Below are positions 20,991 through 31,098 of a DNA stretch of 64,000 bases, piece after piece. The translations under genes were made by a program, and so were the position numbers. Each line of letters begins with the position of its first letter. The stretch's first letter is position 1. The stretch spans positions 2,016,001-2,080,000 of the forward strand of contig OY769902.1 in the NCBI GenBank assembly GCA_963669175.1, written 5' to 3'. The stretch comes from a bacterium (GTDB lineage: Bacteria; Electryoneota; Electryoneia; Electryoneales; Electryoneaceae). The notes under the pieces are model-generated. The model worked only from the letters and a program-made list of their open reading frames with translations, had not been told where the DNA came from and did not search any database.

Positions 20991-21881
20991 TTAACGAATT
21001 GGCATCACGAGACGCAGCCCGATCTCAGGATTTTCGGGTGATCCCAGTACCGCGGGTTCCAGCCTTGGTGCGCCGGGAGAAAAATGGAAATCCAACTGCG
21101 CTGAAACATAGACCACTGCCGAAACAATGCCCCAGGTCCAACTACGCTGATACCAGGTATTGTATTTCTCGTAGCGTTCCTGGAAAAGATCTGGACGGCT
21201 GGTTTCCATGTAACGATCACGGGCGTTTTCGGTTTCCATCAGGGAGTACACCAGCATGGATACGCTCGCAGATTGCAGTACAAACCATGTCGTACCACGC
21301 AAGCGTCGTTTTTCCATCCAGAAACCGGAACCGGGAATGATCATGTTCGCAGCGCCCGCCATTCCTCTGGCCACGGGTTCTTTCTGGATCATGATTGTCG
21401 GAGTTGTTGACGTTTCCTGATCAAGCTTAAACAGGGTTGCCATATACTCGATTCGCACTTCTTCAAACGCCTGGTACACTCGCGGGGGGACATACACCGG
21501 GTCCAGCATAAGGGAGGGACGCAGTTCCAGGGCTTTGTGGAAATCGACCGCTGCTTCCTGGTCGCGCGAAGTCAACACTTCAACAAAACCAAGGTACAAG
21601 TACGCTGCCAACTGGTCGTTCTCGGATGCGTCAGTGGCACTACGGAGGATGCGGAGGGCTTCAATTTCAACATGTTCAAATTCGCCCTGGGTAAACAGAT
21701 CATCGAGGCGTGGGTTCAGTGATGCCGGTTGAACGACCTGGGCATGGCTGATACCCGTCATTGCACAGAGCAGCATGCAAATGGTATAGAGGTGAATCCA
21801 TGAGGCGGAACGAACGGAGCAGCGCCGGAAGGCGTCCGGAATACCCCGTACGACCGCAGGACAAAACCTATGTCTCTGCAT
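20991..21881 (-). CDS. Exported TPR-containing hypothetical protein with C-terminal membrane segments
   Basis: Signal-like segment, AYLYLG...ALELRPSL TPR, LDPVYVPP, IIPGSG + TM region. Confidence 0.75.
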   Translation of the reverse strand: MQRHRFCPAVVRGIPDAFRRCSVRSASWIHLYTICMLLCAMTGISHAQVVQPASLNPRLDDLFTQGEFEHVEIEALRILRSATDASENDQLAAYLYLGFVEVLTSRDQEAAVDFHKALELRPSLMLDPVYVPPRVYQAFEEVRIEYMATLFKLDQETSTTPTIMIQKEPVARGMAGAANMIIPGSGFWMEKRRLRGTTWFVLQSASVSMLVYSLMETENARDRYMETSRPDLFQERYEKYNTWYQRSWTWGIVSAVVYVSAQLDFHFSPGAPRLEPAVLGSPENPEIGLRLVMPIR

Positions 21882-21883
21882 CG

Positions 21884-23176
21884 TTATGGTATCCGGACGA
21901 GTTTTACTATCGCTTGTTTGTTGTGTTGACTCGCTTTAAGGAAGTAGACACCGGCCGGGGCCGCGCCGTTCCTCAACTGGCCGTCCCAGGCGAAACCACC
22001 ACGAATCTGGCGTGGTGTCAATGTCCAGGAACTGACCTGTTGGCCTAATGTATTGTACAATACCAGGTCAACTGTTTCTGTTACGCCAAAGCCGGAAAGA
22101 TCGACTCGAACTCCACCGTTGAATGGGTTCGGCCAGGCATTCAGCGAAGGCGATGAGGGTAACTCAACACTGTTGTCACGATAATCTGTTCGAACATCAA
22201 TGTCATTATGTATGATGAGAACCTGGTTTGTCTGGTACCGGGTAATGCCGTCCTGGGTCCATGATCCGCCCGCAACGACAATAGTACTGCTGGAATCACG
22301 CGGATACGAAACCATGGAATGAAACGCCCTGGGGAAGGGGAGGGATACCGGGAATTCGGTCCATGTCCCCGATGTGTCCAGGGTCAGGAACGCTTCCGTT
22401 TCTGTATAAGAAGACATGCCACCACTGATCAGGATTTTTTCTTCATTGTCTATTATAATATTGGTGTATCCCATGCCACCCAGCGGATTAGATAACCGGG
22501 TCTGTTCAACCCAGCCGCTGTCCGGGCAGAAAATTCTGGTTTTCCATTGCGGGCCGAAATAAAATCCACCATAAACATACAAGGTGTTATTCAATACACT
22601 GACACCATGATTGGTCAAGGGTTCCGCCAGGGGTAAAAGCCCCGGCTCGACCATAATAGATGTTCCCGTGGTATCAGGAATAAGTTTGACTACTTCGCTG
22701 GTATACTGATCAGCTCCGAGGTAACCTCCCAGAACATAGAGTGAATCGTTATATACGACAGCCTTGGCGCCTTCGCGTGCTGGATCAAGAGAATCCGCAA
22801 ACACCCAGAAATTGCGCCCCGGCCACCAGACTTCAATATTTTTGATGTAACCACCAGCGATTTCCGTACGACCACCGATGACATAAATCTTTCCCTGGTA
22901 AGCGGCTGCCGTTGCGCCGATACGTGGTAACAGCATCGGTGGCGCCGGTTCGAGCCACATCTCGGCTTCCAGGTCATACCGTAAAACGTCATCGGTAGCG
23001 CGAGTGATGTCGCCGACCTGTTCATTGCCGCCGATAAAATAAGCGATTCCATCCATTACCACGGTTGCCATCCGGTCGCGTGGGGTCGGCAAGGTGTCCG
23101 CTTCGATAACGGTCCACTCTGCGAAAGCAGAAGTTCCGAGCAACCAGAATGTGAGGATGTAAATCAGCTTCTTCAT
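21884..23176 (-). CDS. Secreted Kelch-repeat protein with C-terminal FlgD/T9SS-like domain
   Basis: MKKLIYIL signal peptide, Kelch GG motifs (YFIGG, YVIGG, YVLGG, YVYGG), WPNPFN...AGVYFL. Confidence 0.9.
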   Translation of the reverse strand: MKKLIYILTFWLLGTSAFAEWTVIEADTLPTPRDRMATVVMDGIAYFIGGNEQVGDITRATDDVLRYDLEAEMWLEPAPPMLLPRIGATAAAYQGKIYVIGGRTEIAGGYIKNIEVWWPGRNFWVFADSLDPAREGAKAVVYNDSLYVLGGYLGADQYTSEVVKLIPDTTGTSIMVEPGLLPLAEPLTNHGVSVLNNTLYVYGGFYFGPQWKTRIFCPDSGWVEQTRLSNPLGGMGYTNIIIDNEEKILISGGMSSYTETEAFLTLDTSGTWTEFPVSLPFPRAFHSMVSYPRDSSSTIVVAGGSWTQDGITRYQTNQVLIIHNDIDVRTDYRDNSVELPSSPSLNAWPNPFNGGVRVDLSGFGVTETVDLVLYNTLGQQVSSWTLTPRQIRGGFAWDGQLRNGAAPAGVYFLKASQHNKQAIVKLVRIP

Positions 23177-23201
23177 GGTACCTGTTGTGTTCATGACTTG
23201 A

Positions 23202-24872
23202 CTACTCCTCCGTAGCCGCAAATGCCGTGCCTTCCGCTCGGATGTCGACAGAAATCTCCAGGGTGTCGCCAGCCAGAATGGTGAAATCACGTTTGACTTC
23301 TCCGAATTCGGGGTGAGTCAACCGAAGTCTGTGCCTGCCCGGAGCCAGGAAAGTGTTACGGAAAGCCGGTGTATCGCCAACATGAGCATCATCAAGGAAT
23401 ACCTTGGCCCAGGGGACAACGATGACCTCCAGGTTGGCTAATTCCTTGAGTAAGTCAATGTTGAGTAGCGTTGTATCTTGTGAATAAACAAGAGTATCTA
23501 TGTTGATGGAAGGGAATCCTGGATTACTCAACGTGATCCGCTTCCGTCCCGCGTCCAGTTTCTGAGGGGGTAAACTTGGGGTAGAGCCGATACGATCATC
23601 ATTTACATAGACTTCAGCCCAGGGGCGAGTGCGAACAATGAGCACACCTGTTCCGGAAGTGTCCGGCAGGGAGGCGGCCTGTTGTTGTGTGCGGACAGGC
23701 GCCTCCGGAGGTACAGACGATGATCCGGCGCCCTCGTTCTGCTTGGGTCTTTCAGGATCGCCACCTGCGTCTGGCGTGCGCACCTGTGGGAGTGTAGAGC
23801 TTGTATTCGGGTTGGTGGTGTCGCGCTTCAGGTCCGTCAAGCTGTCTTTATCGTCGCTCGGACCCTTGTTGTCATTCTTCGAGATCACCAGCCCCGGTGG
23901 ATCAATCCGTTTCTGCCCAAGATTGATCATCTGGTAGCCTACAATCACCAGGATGCCGACCACCAACCCAGTGATGATGGCAGGCAGAATCCGTGCAGGT
24001 ATGGTAAGCCCACCCGGCGGTTGCGATTCGGGGATAACGGTTTCTGAGGGGATCTCCGACACCGGCTTGATCTTGTCCAGCGACCGGATGGCTTCGCTTA
24101 CATCTTCAAAACGACTTTCCGGTTCTTTCTCCAATAACCTGTCAACCCAGGGAGAAAAGCCTTTGGGGAGGTCACTGACAAGGCTGTCCAGAGGAGGAGC
24201 CGGTTGAGTTCTGACACGTTTGAGTGTGCTGATCAGATCTTTGTCACGGAACAGAGTCTTCGCCGTGAGCGCTTCATAGAGTAGCACACCAAGCGCGAAC
24301 TGGTCTGCACGGTGATCCACATCCTTGCCGCTAGCCTGTTCCGGCGCGAGGTAGCCGGGGGTGCCGACAACAGAACCGGGTAAGGTATAGCGTGGGTCAA
24401 ATGCCCCGGTAGCAAGTCCGAAATCGGTAATACGTGCAATCCCGCCCGCTGCAATACGCACATTCGCCGGGCTGAGGTCACGGTGTGTCACGCCAGCTTC
24501 ATGAATGGCTGCCAACCCGGCCAGCAGGTCTTTTGCCAGTCGCAGCACACGTTCGAAGGGAAGGGCGCCTTCACGTTCCAGCAAGGTTTCCAGGTCCTCG
24601 CCCTCGATCCATTCTATCGCAACGTAGGGGCGTCCTTCAGCTTCTCCGACACCGTAGATCCGCGCGGCGTTCGGGTGATCAACCGCTGCGCCAAGCCGGG
24701 CCTCACGTTTCAAACGGCCGGCCATTTCTTCGTCATTCTCATGCTCGGGGTTCAGCCATTTTACGAGCGTACGACGCCCCAGTACACGGTGACGTGCTTC
24801 GTACACCGTGACCCAGGGGCCGCGCCGCATTTCGCGGATAATCTCGTAGTCTGCGCCAATCCTTCCGGGCAT
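23202..24872 (-). CDS. Membrane-anchored Hanks-type Ser/Thr protein kinase with two C-terminal PEGA domains
   Basis: HRDLSPAN, ITDFGLA, GTPGYLAPEQ, DQFALG; TM helix; PWAEVY/PWAKVF PEGA repeats. Confidence 0.93.
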   Translation of the reverse strand: MPGRIGADYEIIREMRRGPWVTVYEARHRVLGRRTLVKWLNPEHENDEEMAGRLKREARLGAAVDHPNAARIYGVGEAEGRPYVAIEWIEGEDLETLLEREGALPFERVLRLAKDLLAGLAAIHEAGVTHRDLSPANVRIAAGGIARITDFGLATGAFDPRYTLPGSVVGTPGYLAPEQASGKDVDHRADQFALGVLLYEALTAKTLFRDKDLISTLKRVRTQPAPPLDSLVSDLPKGFSPWVDRLLEKEPESRFEDVSEAIRSLDKIKPVSEIPSETVIPESQPPGGLTIPARILPAIITGLVVGILVIVGYQMINLGQKRIDPPGLVISKNDNKGPSDDKDSLTDLKRDTTNPNTSSTLPQVRTPDAGGDPERPKQNEGAGSSSVPPEAPVRTQQQAASLPDTSGTGVLIVRTRPWAEVYVNDDRIGSTPSLPPQKLDAGRKRITLSNPGFPSINIDTLVYSQDTTLLNIDLLKELANLEVIVVPWAKVFLDDAHVGDTPAFRNTFLAPGRHRLRLTHPEFGEVKRDFTILAGDTLEISVDIRAEGTAFAATEE

Positions 24873-24884
24873 AACTCTCTTCTT

Positions 24885-25034
24885 AAAGTTTGAAAGTTAG
24901 AAAGTTACAAAGTTCTAAAGTTATTTGTTAGTAAAAAAATGTAAAGAAAGTCATTGGTAGTGATATAGTATCATTCATAGTCAATAGTAATTAGGTTATA
25001 GCAATTCCTAATTCCTAATTCCTAATTCCTAATT
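24885..25034 (+). repeat. AAAGTTnn array plus AATTCCT heptamer array
   Basis: aaagtttgaaagttagaaagttacaaagttctaaagtt; aattcct x4 at 25003-25030. Confidence 0.85.
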
Positions 25035-26532
25035 AGACATCCATTCCTTCGTCTTTCCACTCTTTGATCAGGTTTTGCAGGTATCGTCGGCTGATCCCGA
25101 GAATACGTGCAGTTTCACTCCGGTTGCCCTGGGTTTCACCGAGAACACGCAGGATATGGCGTTTTTCAGCGGCTTTCAGGGACAGGTCTTCCGGGCCTTC
25201 ATCGCCATCCGCGGTACGGGTGAAGATCAGGTGATCCGGGGTGATGGTCGTTCCCTGGCAAAGGACCACGGCACGTTCCACAGTACGTTCCAATTCACGA
25301 ACATTGCCGGGCCATTTGGCGCGTGTCAGTTCTGAAAGCGCCTCCTTGCTGAAACGTATATGCCCACGTCCGATCTGTTCACAATAACGACGCAGGACTT
25401 TCTCCGCGATCAGGGCGATATCTTCACGGCGTTCACGTAGCGGCGGCACGATGATCTCGATACCGTTGATACGGTAATAGAGGTCTTCACGGAACATGTT
25501 TTCCTTGACCGCCATGGCGAGATCCTGGTGTGTGGCCGAGACGATCCGGACATCGGCATGCAGTGTCTTGGTGCCACCCACGGGTTTGTACATACCGTCC
25601 TGGAGAACCCTGAGAAGCTTGGCCTGTATGCGCATGGGGATATCTGCAATTTCATCCAGCATCAGGGTGCCGCCATTGGCAAGCGTAAGCAGGCCATCCT
25701 TTTCCTGATATGCTCCGGTGAATGATCCCTTTGCATGCCCGAACAATTCACTTTCCAGCAGTTCTTCACCAAGGTTCCCCGCAAATAACGCCAGGAAAGG
25801 CTTGCTGGTTCTGGGGCCGTGATTATGGATAGCACGCGCGATCAGTTCTTTACCGGTGCCCGATTCACCGTGAATCAGGACGGGTAGATCGGTTGGTGCG
25901 ACACGTTCCATCAGGGCGAAAACCTGTTCCATGGCCTTCGAAGTGCCGATGATCTCTTCAAAGGCAAAACGTCCGGCCTGGCGGCGCAAGCGAACATTTT
26001 CACTATGCAATGTCGCGAGTGTTTGTGCCTGGTCAATCGTCTGGGCGGCCAATGCGCCAAACAGGGAAAGGATACTCTTGGATTGATCCGAGAAGGCGTT
26101 TTCACCGAGACGCGAGTCCATGTAGAGCGCGCCGATAATCTCTTCGCCCAGTTTCAGGGGAGTAACGCCTACCGAACGGATATCATGCATGATGATGGAG
26201 GTGGAACCTGCGAAGCGTGGATCCTGCCGTGCATCTTCGGCCACCACAGGTTCGCCTTTGTCGATGGCTTCCTGCAACGCTGTCCGGCTGGCTTCACCCA
26301 GTTCACTGACCCGTGTGTCCATCAAGCGTGATGCCTGAGGGGTGAACTTGCCATCTTCACCCTTGAGCATCAGGAAACCACGTTCTGCCCCGAATGATTC
26401 CAGCATGCCATCCAGCAAAGCTTCCATCAAGCTCTTGGGATCACGGTTTGTTGCCAGCTCCCGGCCAATCTTTAAAAGTCCGGCCAGCAGAATTTCCTGC
26501 CTGCTGGTTGCGGTTTTTGAATCCTGAGTCAT
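25033..26532 (-). CDS. Sigma-54-dependent transcriptional activator (GAF-AAA+-Fis HTH)
   Basis: GAF N-terminus, GESGTGKE, ESELFGH..GSFTGA, LDEI, WPGNVREL, HTH. Confidence 0.95.
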   Translation of the reverse strand: MTQDSKTATSRQEILLAGLLKIGRELATNRDPKSLMEALLDGMLESFGAERGFLMLKGEDGKFTPQASRLMDTRVSELGEASRTALQEAIDKGEPVVAEDARQDPRFAGSTSIIMHDIRSVGVTPLKLGEEIIGALYMDSRLGENAFSDQSKSILSLFGALAAQTIDQAQTLATLHSENVRLRRQAGRFAFEEIIGTSKAMEQVFALMERVAPTDLPVLIHGESGTGKELIARAIHNHGPRTSKPFLALFAGNLGEELLESELFGHAKGSFTGAYQEKDGLLTLANGGTLMLDEIADIPMRIQAKLLRVLQDGMYKPVGGTKTLHADVRIVSATHQDLAMAVKENMFREDLYYRINGIEIIVPPLRERREDIALIAEKVLRRYCEQIGRGHIRFSKEALSELTRAKWPGNVRELERTVERAVVLCQGTTITPDHLIFTRTADGDEGPEDLSLKAAEKRHILRVLGETQGNRSETARILGISRRYLQNLIKEWKDEGMDV

Positions 26533-26582
26533 GTAATCCGAATCTCCAACGTTACTCGCTCTTTCTTACAACTTTGCAACGG

Positions 26583-27446
26583 TTACAACCTTTTGATCTC
26601 AACCGGGTCCGGGCCGGGATCTTGTCTTTGCCGGTACATCATGCTTTCCCCAACGAAGAAGATATAGCTCGCACTCCGGGCCATATTGCCGAAACTGTCA
26701 TACGTTTCAACATGCCATAAGTATTGTCCGTCTTCCAGAACTCGATTTATCGTGACCGAATCCACAAGAACAGTATCACCGGGGCTGATCACCCTGGGAA
26801 TGTCCGTATCTGAGAAACAGGTAATGGTATCCGTCGAGGTAATCTGCCGAACCTGTACTTTGTAGGTGATATTATAATCCGACTGGTATTGTTGCCACAC
26901 CAGGGTCGGAGGGTTTTGCGAATCAGGTAAAACAATTGATGTTGGGTAGACCGGTGACGGAATCTGATCCAGCAGACGTGTCAACGTAGCCTGGTCGCTG
27001 GTTGTAACATGCCCCAGGGAATCATAGACGATAAATCGGAAGGGCACACCGATCATATTTTGCAGGGATACCTGGAATTCATCATTGGAATTGAACTGGA
27101 ACAGGTACCAGGGTTCACTGTAATTCACAATTCTGCGTAACGAATCGCCTATCTCAAGATATACACGCGCGATTTTGTCCGAATCACTGATCAGGGCTTT
27201 GGCCATGGCTTCACGATACGGCGACTCTTCCTGTGAGGGGCGAATGAACGAAGTCGTGATCGAAAAGGAAAAGAATTGGGCAGGATGATCCGGCTCAATC
27301 GGCGGAATATAGTAATCACTTTCCGGGTCTAATGGATTGTCCCGAGGGGCATCACATCCCGTAAAAGCCAGCAACAGCATCAAGGATGCTGCAATACCAA
27401 TTCCGAAGCCGTACCGTAACATGTTATTCCGCACCCGTTGATCCAC
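26583..27446 (-). CDS. Hypothetical lipoprotein
   Basis: Lipobox FTGC followed by DAPRDNPLDP; fibronectin-like C-terminal part. Confidence 0.8.
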   Translation of the reverse strand: MDQRVRNNMLRYGFGIGIAASLMLLLAFTGCDAPRDNPLDPESDYYIPPIEPDHPAQFFSFSITTSFIRPSQEESPYREAMAKALISDSDKIARVYLEIGDSLRRIVNYSEPWYLFQFNSNDEFQVSLQNMIGVPFRFIVYDSLGHVTTSDQATLTRLLDQIPSPVYPTSIVLPDSQNPPTLVWQQYQSDYNITYKVQVRQITSTDTITCFSDTDIPRVISPGDTVLVDSVTINRVLEDGQYLWHVETYDSFGNMARSASYIFFVGESMMYRQRQDPGPDPVEIKRL

Positions 27447-27621
27447 CTGCGGCGATCAAGATGTGCATATAATACGCACCTTCTGAAAGAGTAGCAAGTG
27501 ATGTTGAGATGATAAGGCAGAATCATTAAAAATTTATGCGAAAACAGGTGTTTCAGGAGCAGAGACAGGAGAGACATGAACACGGCATATTACAACAAAA
27601 TCATGGATGTGTGAATCTGAA

Positions 27622-29913
27622 TCACATGGAGTTGTCTGACTCCTGTGCGCCGGGAAGACTGTTCTCAAGATGGGTAGGAAAACGGAGGGTTACTGTGGTG
27701 CCTTCACCCGGCGTGGATTCAATCTCGAGATTGCCTTTATGAGCTAACGCTATCTGGTAGCATATGGTCAACCCCATTCCAACCCCAACCCCAACACCCC
27801 ACAGGGTAAAGCCGGGCTCAAGTACTTTATCGATGTGATGTGCGGCGATTCCGCAACCATTATCCGTTACGGAAAGAATGACTTTCTCTACGCCAACAGA
27901 GGCGTGGACAGTGATTGTCCCTTCTTTGTCTATAGCCTGGTTCGCATTATCCAGCAGTTGCACCAGCAACTGGTTGATTTGAGCCGGATAGCAGATGACT
28001 GACGGTAAATCCGGATAATCACGAATCAGTTTGATCCCATGTTTCAACTCATGCTCGTAGATATCCAGCGTATCCGTAATCATCTCATCGACATCAGCGT
28101 TTTGCAATTCGGCTTCATCCAAACGGGCGAAGCTTTTCAATTTTCGAACAATCCGGGCCACTCGCTGGGTGCCCTGGTCCATCACACGTCCGCTGTCTTC
28201 AAGCGCAGAAAGAGTGCGCTGGAGCTGACGGTTGGAAGCTACATCACAATCAGGATCGGATTCAAACAGCGCTTTCAGCTTTTGAACAGCCAGCTCAAAG
28301 GTTTTCATGGAACTACGGACGGCGCCGATGGGGTTGTTTACCTCGTGGGCTACTCCCGCAACCAGGCGACCAAGTGACGCCATTTTCTCCGATTGGATCA
28401 ACTGCACCTGGGCATTGCGAAGTTCTTCGTTTGCAAGCTGAAGTTCACTTACCGTCTGGGCCAGTTTTTCATTGGCTTCCTGGATCTTGTGAGCCTTGTC
28501 GATTTCCAGGGCTTTTCGCTTGTTCTCTTCTTCCAGTTTGATACGCTCCAGCTCGCGTTCTTTTGCCAGACGTTCCTGCTCCAGTTTCTCCTGTGCAAGT
28601 TGTTCGACTTCAAGCATCTTGTTCTTGAGGTCTTTGTTGGTGCGGGCATAATCAAGACCGAGATATACCGACATCATGATCAGCAAGTTGTCCACCCCAG
28701 CGAGGTAGGCGTCCGGAGTAGGGAAGATGTTGACCACCTCGCCCAATCGGATGAATAACTGGTATACGCCAGTGGCAGCCAGGGTGACAAATCCAATCCC
28801 CAGTATCCATGCATGCTTGCGTTTTTGCAGGATGGCAAGCAGAATAATGCGAAGCAACTCCAGCGACGCTACAATAATGAAGCCTGTATACACTTCCGAG
28901 GGTAGCCAGTAGCTCAGCAGAATCAGTATCCATCCCGAAATGCGGAAAATGAGGAAATAGCGTGGGCGTTTTTCATAAAACAAGGTGTACACGACCAGCA
29001 GGGCCATGTTGCTCATCCCGATCTTCAGTGTATTGATGCCAATGGATATGATATGCAGCCAGAAATGGTCAAAGGGCAGCATGGCCGTATAGTTCAGGAT
29101 GATGGCTGTGCCCAGCGCACCGGCAAATCCCGCGAAAAACAGGTTGCTTCGCTTCTCCTTATAAAACAGGAACAGCATCAGGTGAATCATACAGAAAATC
29201 CATGCCATGCCCCCATACAGCATGTACATCGATGTGTCGAATGTATGGAATCGCTTGGCAGGTTTGAGTGCATCTGCTGTTTTCCCGACTGCGAGACTGA
29301 AGCCGGGGATAGCCCATCTTGGCGCAAGAATCATTGTCGCCGGTGGTGAATAACGGATTGCAAGTGTGTGATGTCCAGGGTCAAGTGCCCCGATGTAGAT
29401 CGGATCAGGCGTCAGGAGATGATATTTGTCGGTTTTTTCCTGACTTCCAATCTGTCCCATATGAAAGATTGGATGACCATTCAGGAAAACTTCAAAAGCG
29501 CCACTTCCATGCAAAGTGAAAGCAAGCGCCTCGGAAGTTATCGTGCTATCAACATGGAATTTTATTCGAAACCATAAAACCCCCGGGATCGAATCGTCAG
29601 GATACAACTTGTTCAACTCGAAGGTGTTGGGACATTGGCGCCAGGTAGAGTCAAACGGAATGTCAGCATCTGCCCATGCAGCGCTGTCCACTTCATGAAC
29701 AAACCAAACTGTATCCAGCGCCAGTATTCCCTTTTCGGTTTCACCAAGGTGTTGAGTTGTTACAGGTATACTGGTCCACTCGTCATACGTTGCTACTGAA
29801 TCTGCCGCCATACTTGACGAAACGGCCAGCAGTACCAGCAGGATGAAGTGAAACCAGGTGCGTAACAACGACCACCTCCGGAAATCCAATCTGAAAATAA
29901 AATAGTAATGCAA
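27622..29913 (-). CDS. Multi-TM sensor histidine kinase with periplasmic sugar-binding-like domain
   Basis: Signal peptide, ~7 TM, coiled coil, SEKMASLGRLVAGVAHEVNNP, DNGCGI, GVGMGL. Confidence 0.92.
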   Translation of the reverse strand: MHYYFIFRLDFRRWSLLRTWFHFILLVLLAVSSSMAADSVATYDEWTSIPVTTQHLGETEKGILALDTVWFVHEVDSAAWADADIPFDSTWRQCPNTFELNKLYPDDSIPGVLWFRIKFHVDSTITSEALAFTLHGSGAFEVFLNGHPIFHMGQIGSQEKTDKYHLLTPDPIYIGALDPGHHTLAIRYSPPATMILAPRWAIPGFSLAVGKTADALKPAKRFHTFDTSMYMLYGGMAWIFCMIHLMLFLFYKEKRSNLFFAGFAGALGTAIILNYTAMLPFDHFWLHIISIGINTLKIGMSNMALLVVYTLFYEKRPRYFLIFRISGWILILLSYWLPSEVYTGFIIVASLELLRIILLAILQKRKHAWILGIGFVTLAATGVYQLFIRLGEVVNIFPTPDAYLAGVDNLLIMMSVYLGLDYARTNKDLKNKMLEVEQLAQEKLEQERLAKERELERIKLEEENKRKALEIDKAHKIQEANEKLAQTVSELQLANEELRNAQVQLIQSEKMASLGRLVAGVAHEVNNPIGAVRSSMKTFELAVQKLKALFESDPDCDVASNRQLQRTLSALEDSGRVMDQGTQRVARIVRKLKSFARLDEAELQNADVDEMITDTLDIYEHELKHGIKLIRDYPDLPSVICYPAQINQLLVQLLDNANQAIDKEGTITVHASVGVEKVILSVTDNGCGIAAHHIDKVLEPGFTLWGVGVGVGMGLTICYQIALAHKGNLEIESTPGEGTTVTLRFPTHLENSLPGAQESDNSM

Positions 29914-29943
29914 AGCTAACTCAACTCGAATAGTGAAACAAGC

Positions 29944-31089
29944 TTACTTGTTCGTTGTATAGCCAAGACCTGCCGGTAGCCATCGCCAGTTCAGACCGAA
30001 CAGAACTGAATGATCATCCCGGAGAATGCCGACCAACCCCGGTTGGAAGCTCCCGAATTTCAGGACACCAGGATACAGGTTCAACCGTGCCGCGTAGCCC
30101 TGCGGTCCACCCAGGATGAGAGAGGCCAACAGCGAATGGTTCCGGTCATAAAATATACCACCGGTCCATTTGAGTTTGGCGGTGGCCATGTACATGTCCG
30201 TACGTTCATCAATTCGCACGATATCATGAGTCGCCAGACCTGCGCCAATGGATATGTTGTCAGTGCTATTATAACGGTACGATATCCCACCGACCCCCTC
30301 TGTCCCGATCAAGCCGAACAACCTCCATCGTTCCAATCCCTTGATCCACGGAATATCCATCTTCAATGACCATTGCTGACCATTGTTCTCCAGTTCATCG
30401 GTACAAAGGTTATAGATAGGTTGGAAAGACCAGTCTGCCATGTACAGGGTATTAGCGAAAAATTCAGGCACACCGGGAATGGAGAATACAATGATGCCAA
30501 GCGGATCAAAGATGAGAAGGTCCGCGATCGGATCAACTGTGGGATGCTTTACACGATTATGCTCTACAACTTCATTGCCGTAGTGCATGAATCCCATTGT
30601 GATTACGGAAAGTGTTTTAGGGTAGGGATAACCGTAATATTTGAACCATTCCGTGGTCGCGACATAGGTCATACCGCCACCGATAAGGTGTATCTGGTAA
30701 TTGGGCCAGTATTGAGCGCAGTCTTTGTTCACAGAAAAGGGGATCATTTCTGTCTTGATGAACTCTTCCCAGCCGTAACGATCAATTACCCAGAACGCGC
30801 GTTCAAGGTTCCAGTTCACGGTGATATTTCCAGTGTCGAAATTGATTTTTCCGGGGTTGTTGTTGGGGTTGGTGATCTGGAGGCAGTCAAACATGCCGTT
30901 GGCAATGTTGTTCCAGGGATTGTAATTGGCCTGGGAACCGTAATTGTAGCCTTTATAGAACAGGTACTTCGTTCCAGAAGATGATGTCGAATCTTCGGAG
31001 ACAGTCTGGCCGAAGCCTGCTGAGCCTATGGTCAGGATACAAAGGATACATATTGTCAGGGAAAGCAAATTTTTCTTCGCAAGGGGCAT
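29944..31089 (-). CDS. Exported hypothetical protein, probably outer-membrane associated
   Basis: Signal peptide, aromatic-rich, beta-strand-like C-terminal half. Confidence 0.75.
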   Translation of the reverse strand: MPLAKKNLLSLTICILCILTIGSAGFGQTVSEDSTSSSGTKYLFYKGYNYGSQANYNPWNNIANGMFDCLQITNPNNNPGKINFDTGNITVNWNLERAFWVIDRYGWEEFIKTEMIPFSVNKDCAQYWPNYQIHLIGGGMTYVATTEWFKYYGYPYPKTLSVITMGFMHYGNEVVEHNRVKHPTVDPIADLLIFDPLGIIVFSIPGVPEFFANTLYMADWSFQPIYNLCTDELENNGQQWSLKMDIPWIKGLERWRLFGLIGTEGVGGISYRYNSTDNISIGAGLATHDIVRIDERTDMYMATAKLKWTGGIFYDRNHSLLASLILGGPQGYAARLNLYPGVLKFGSFQPGLVGILRDDHSVLFGLNWRWLPAGLGYTTNK

Positions 31090-31098
31090 GGCGTCATC

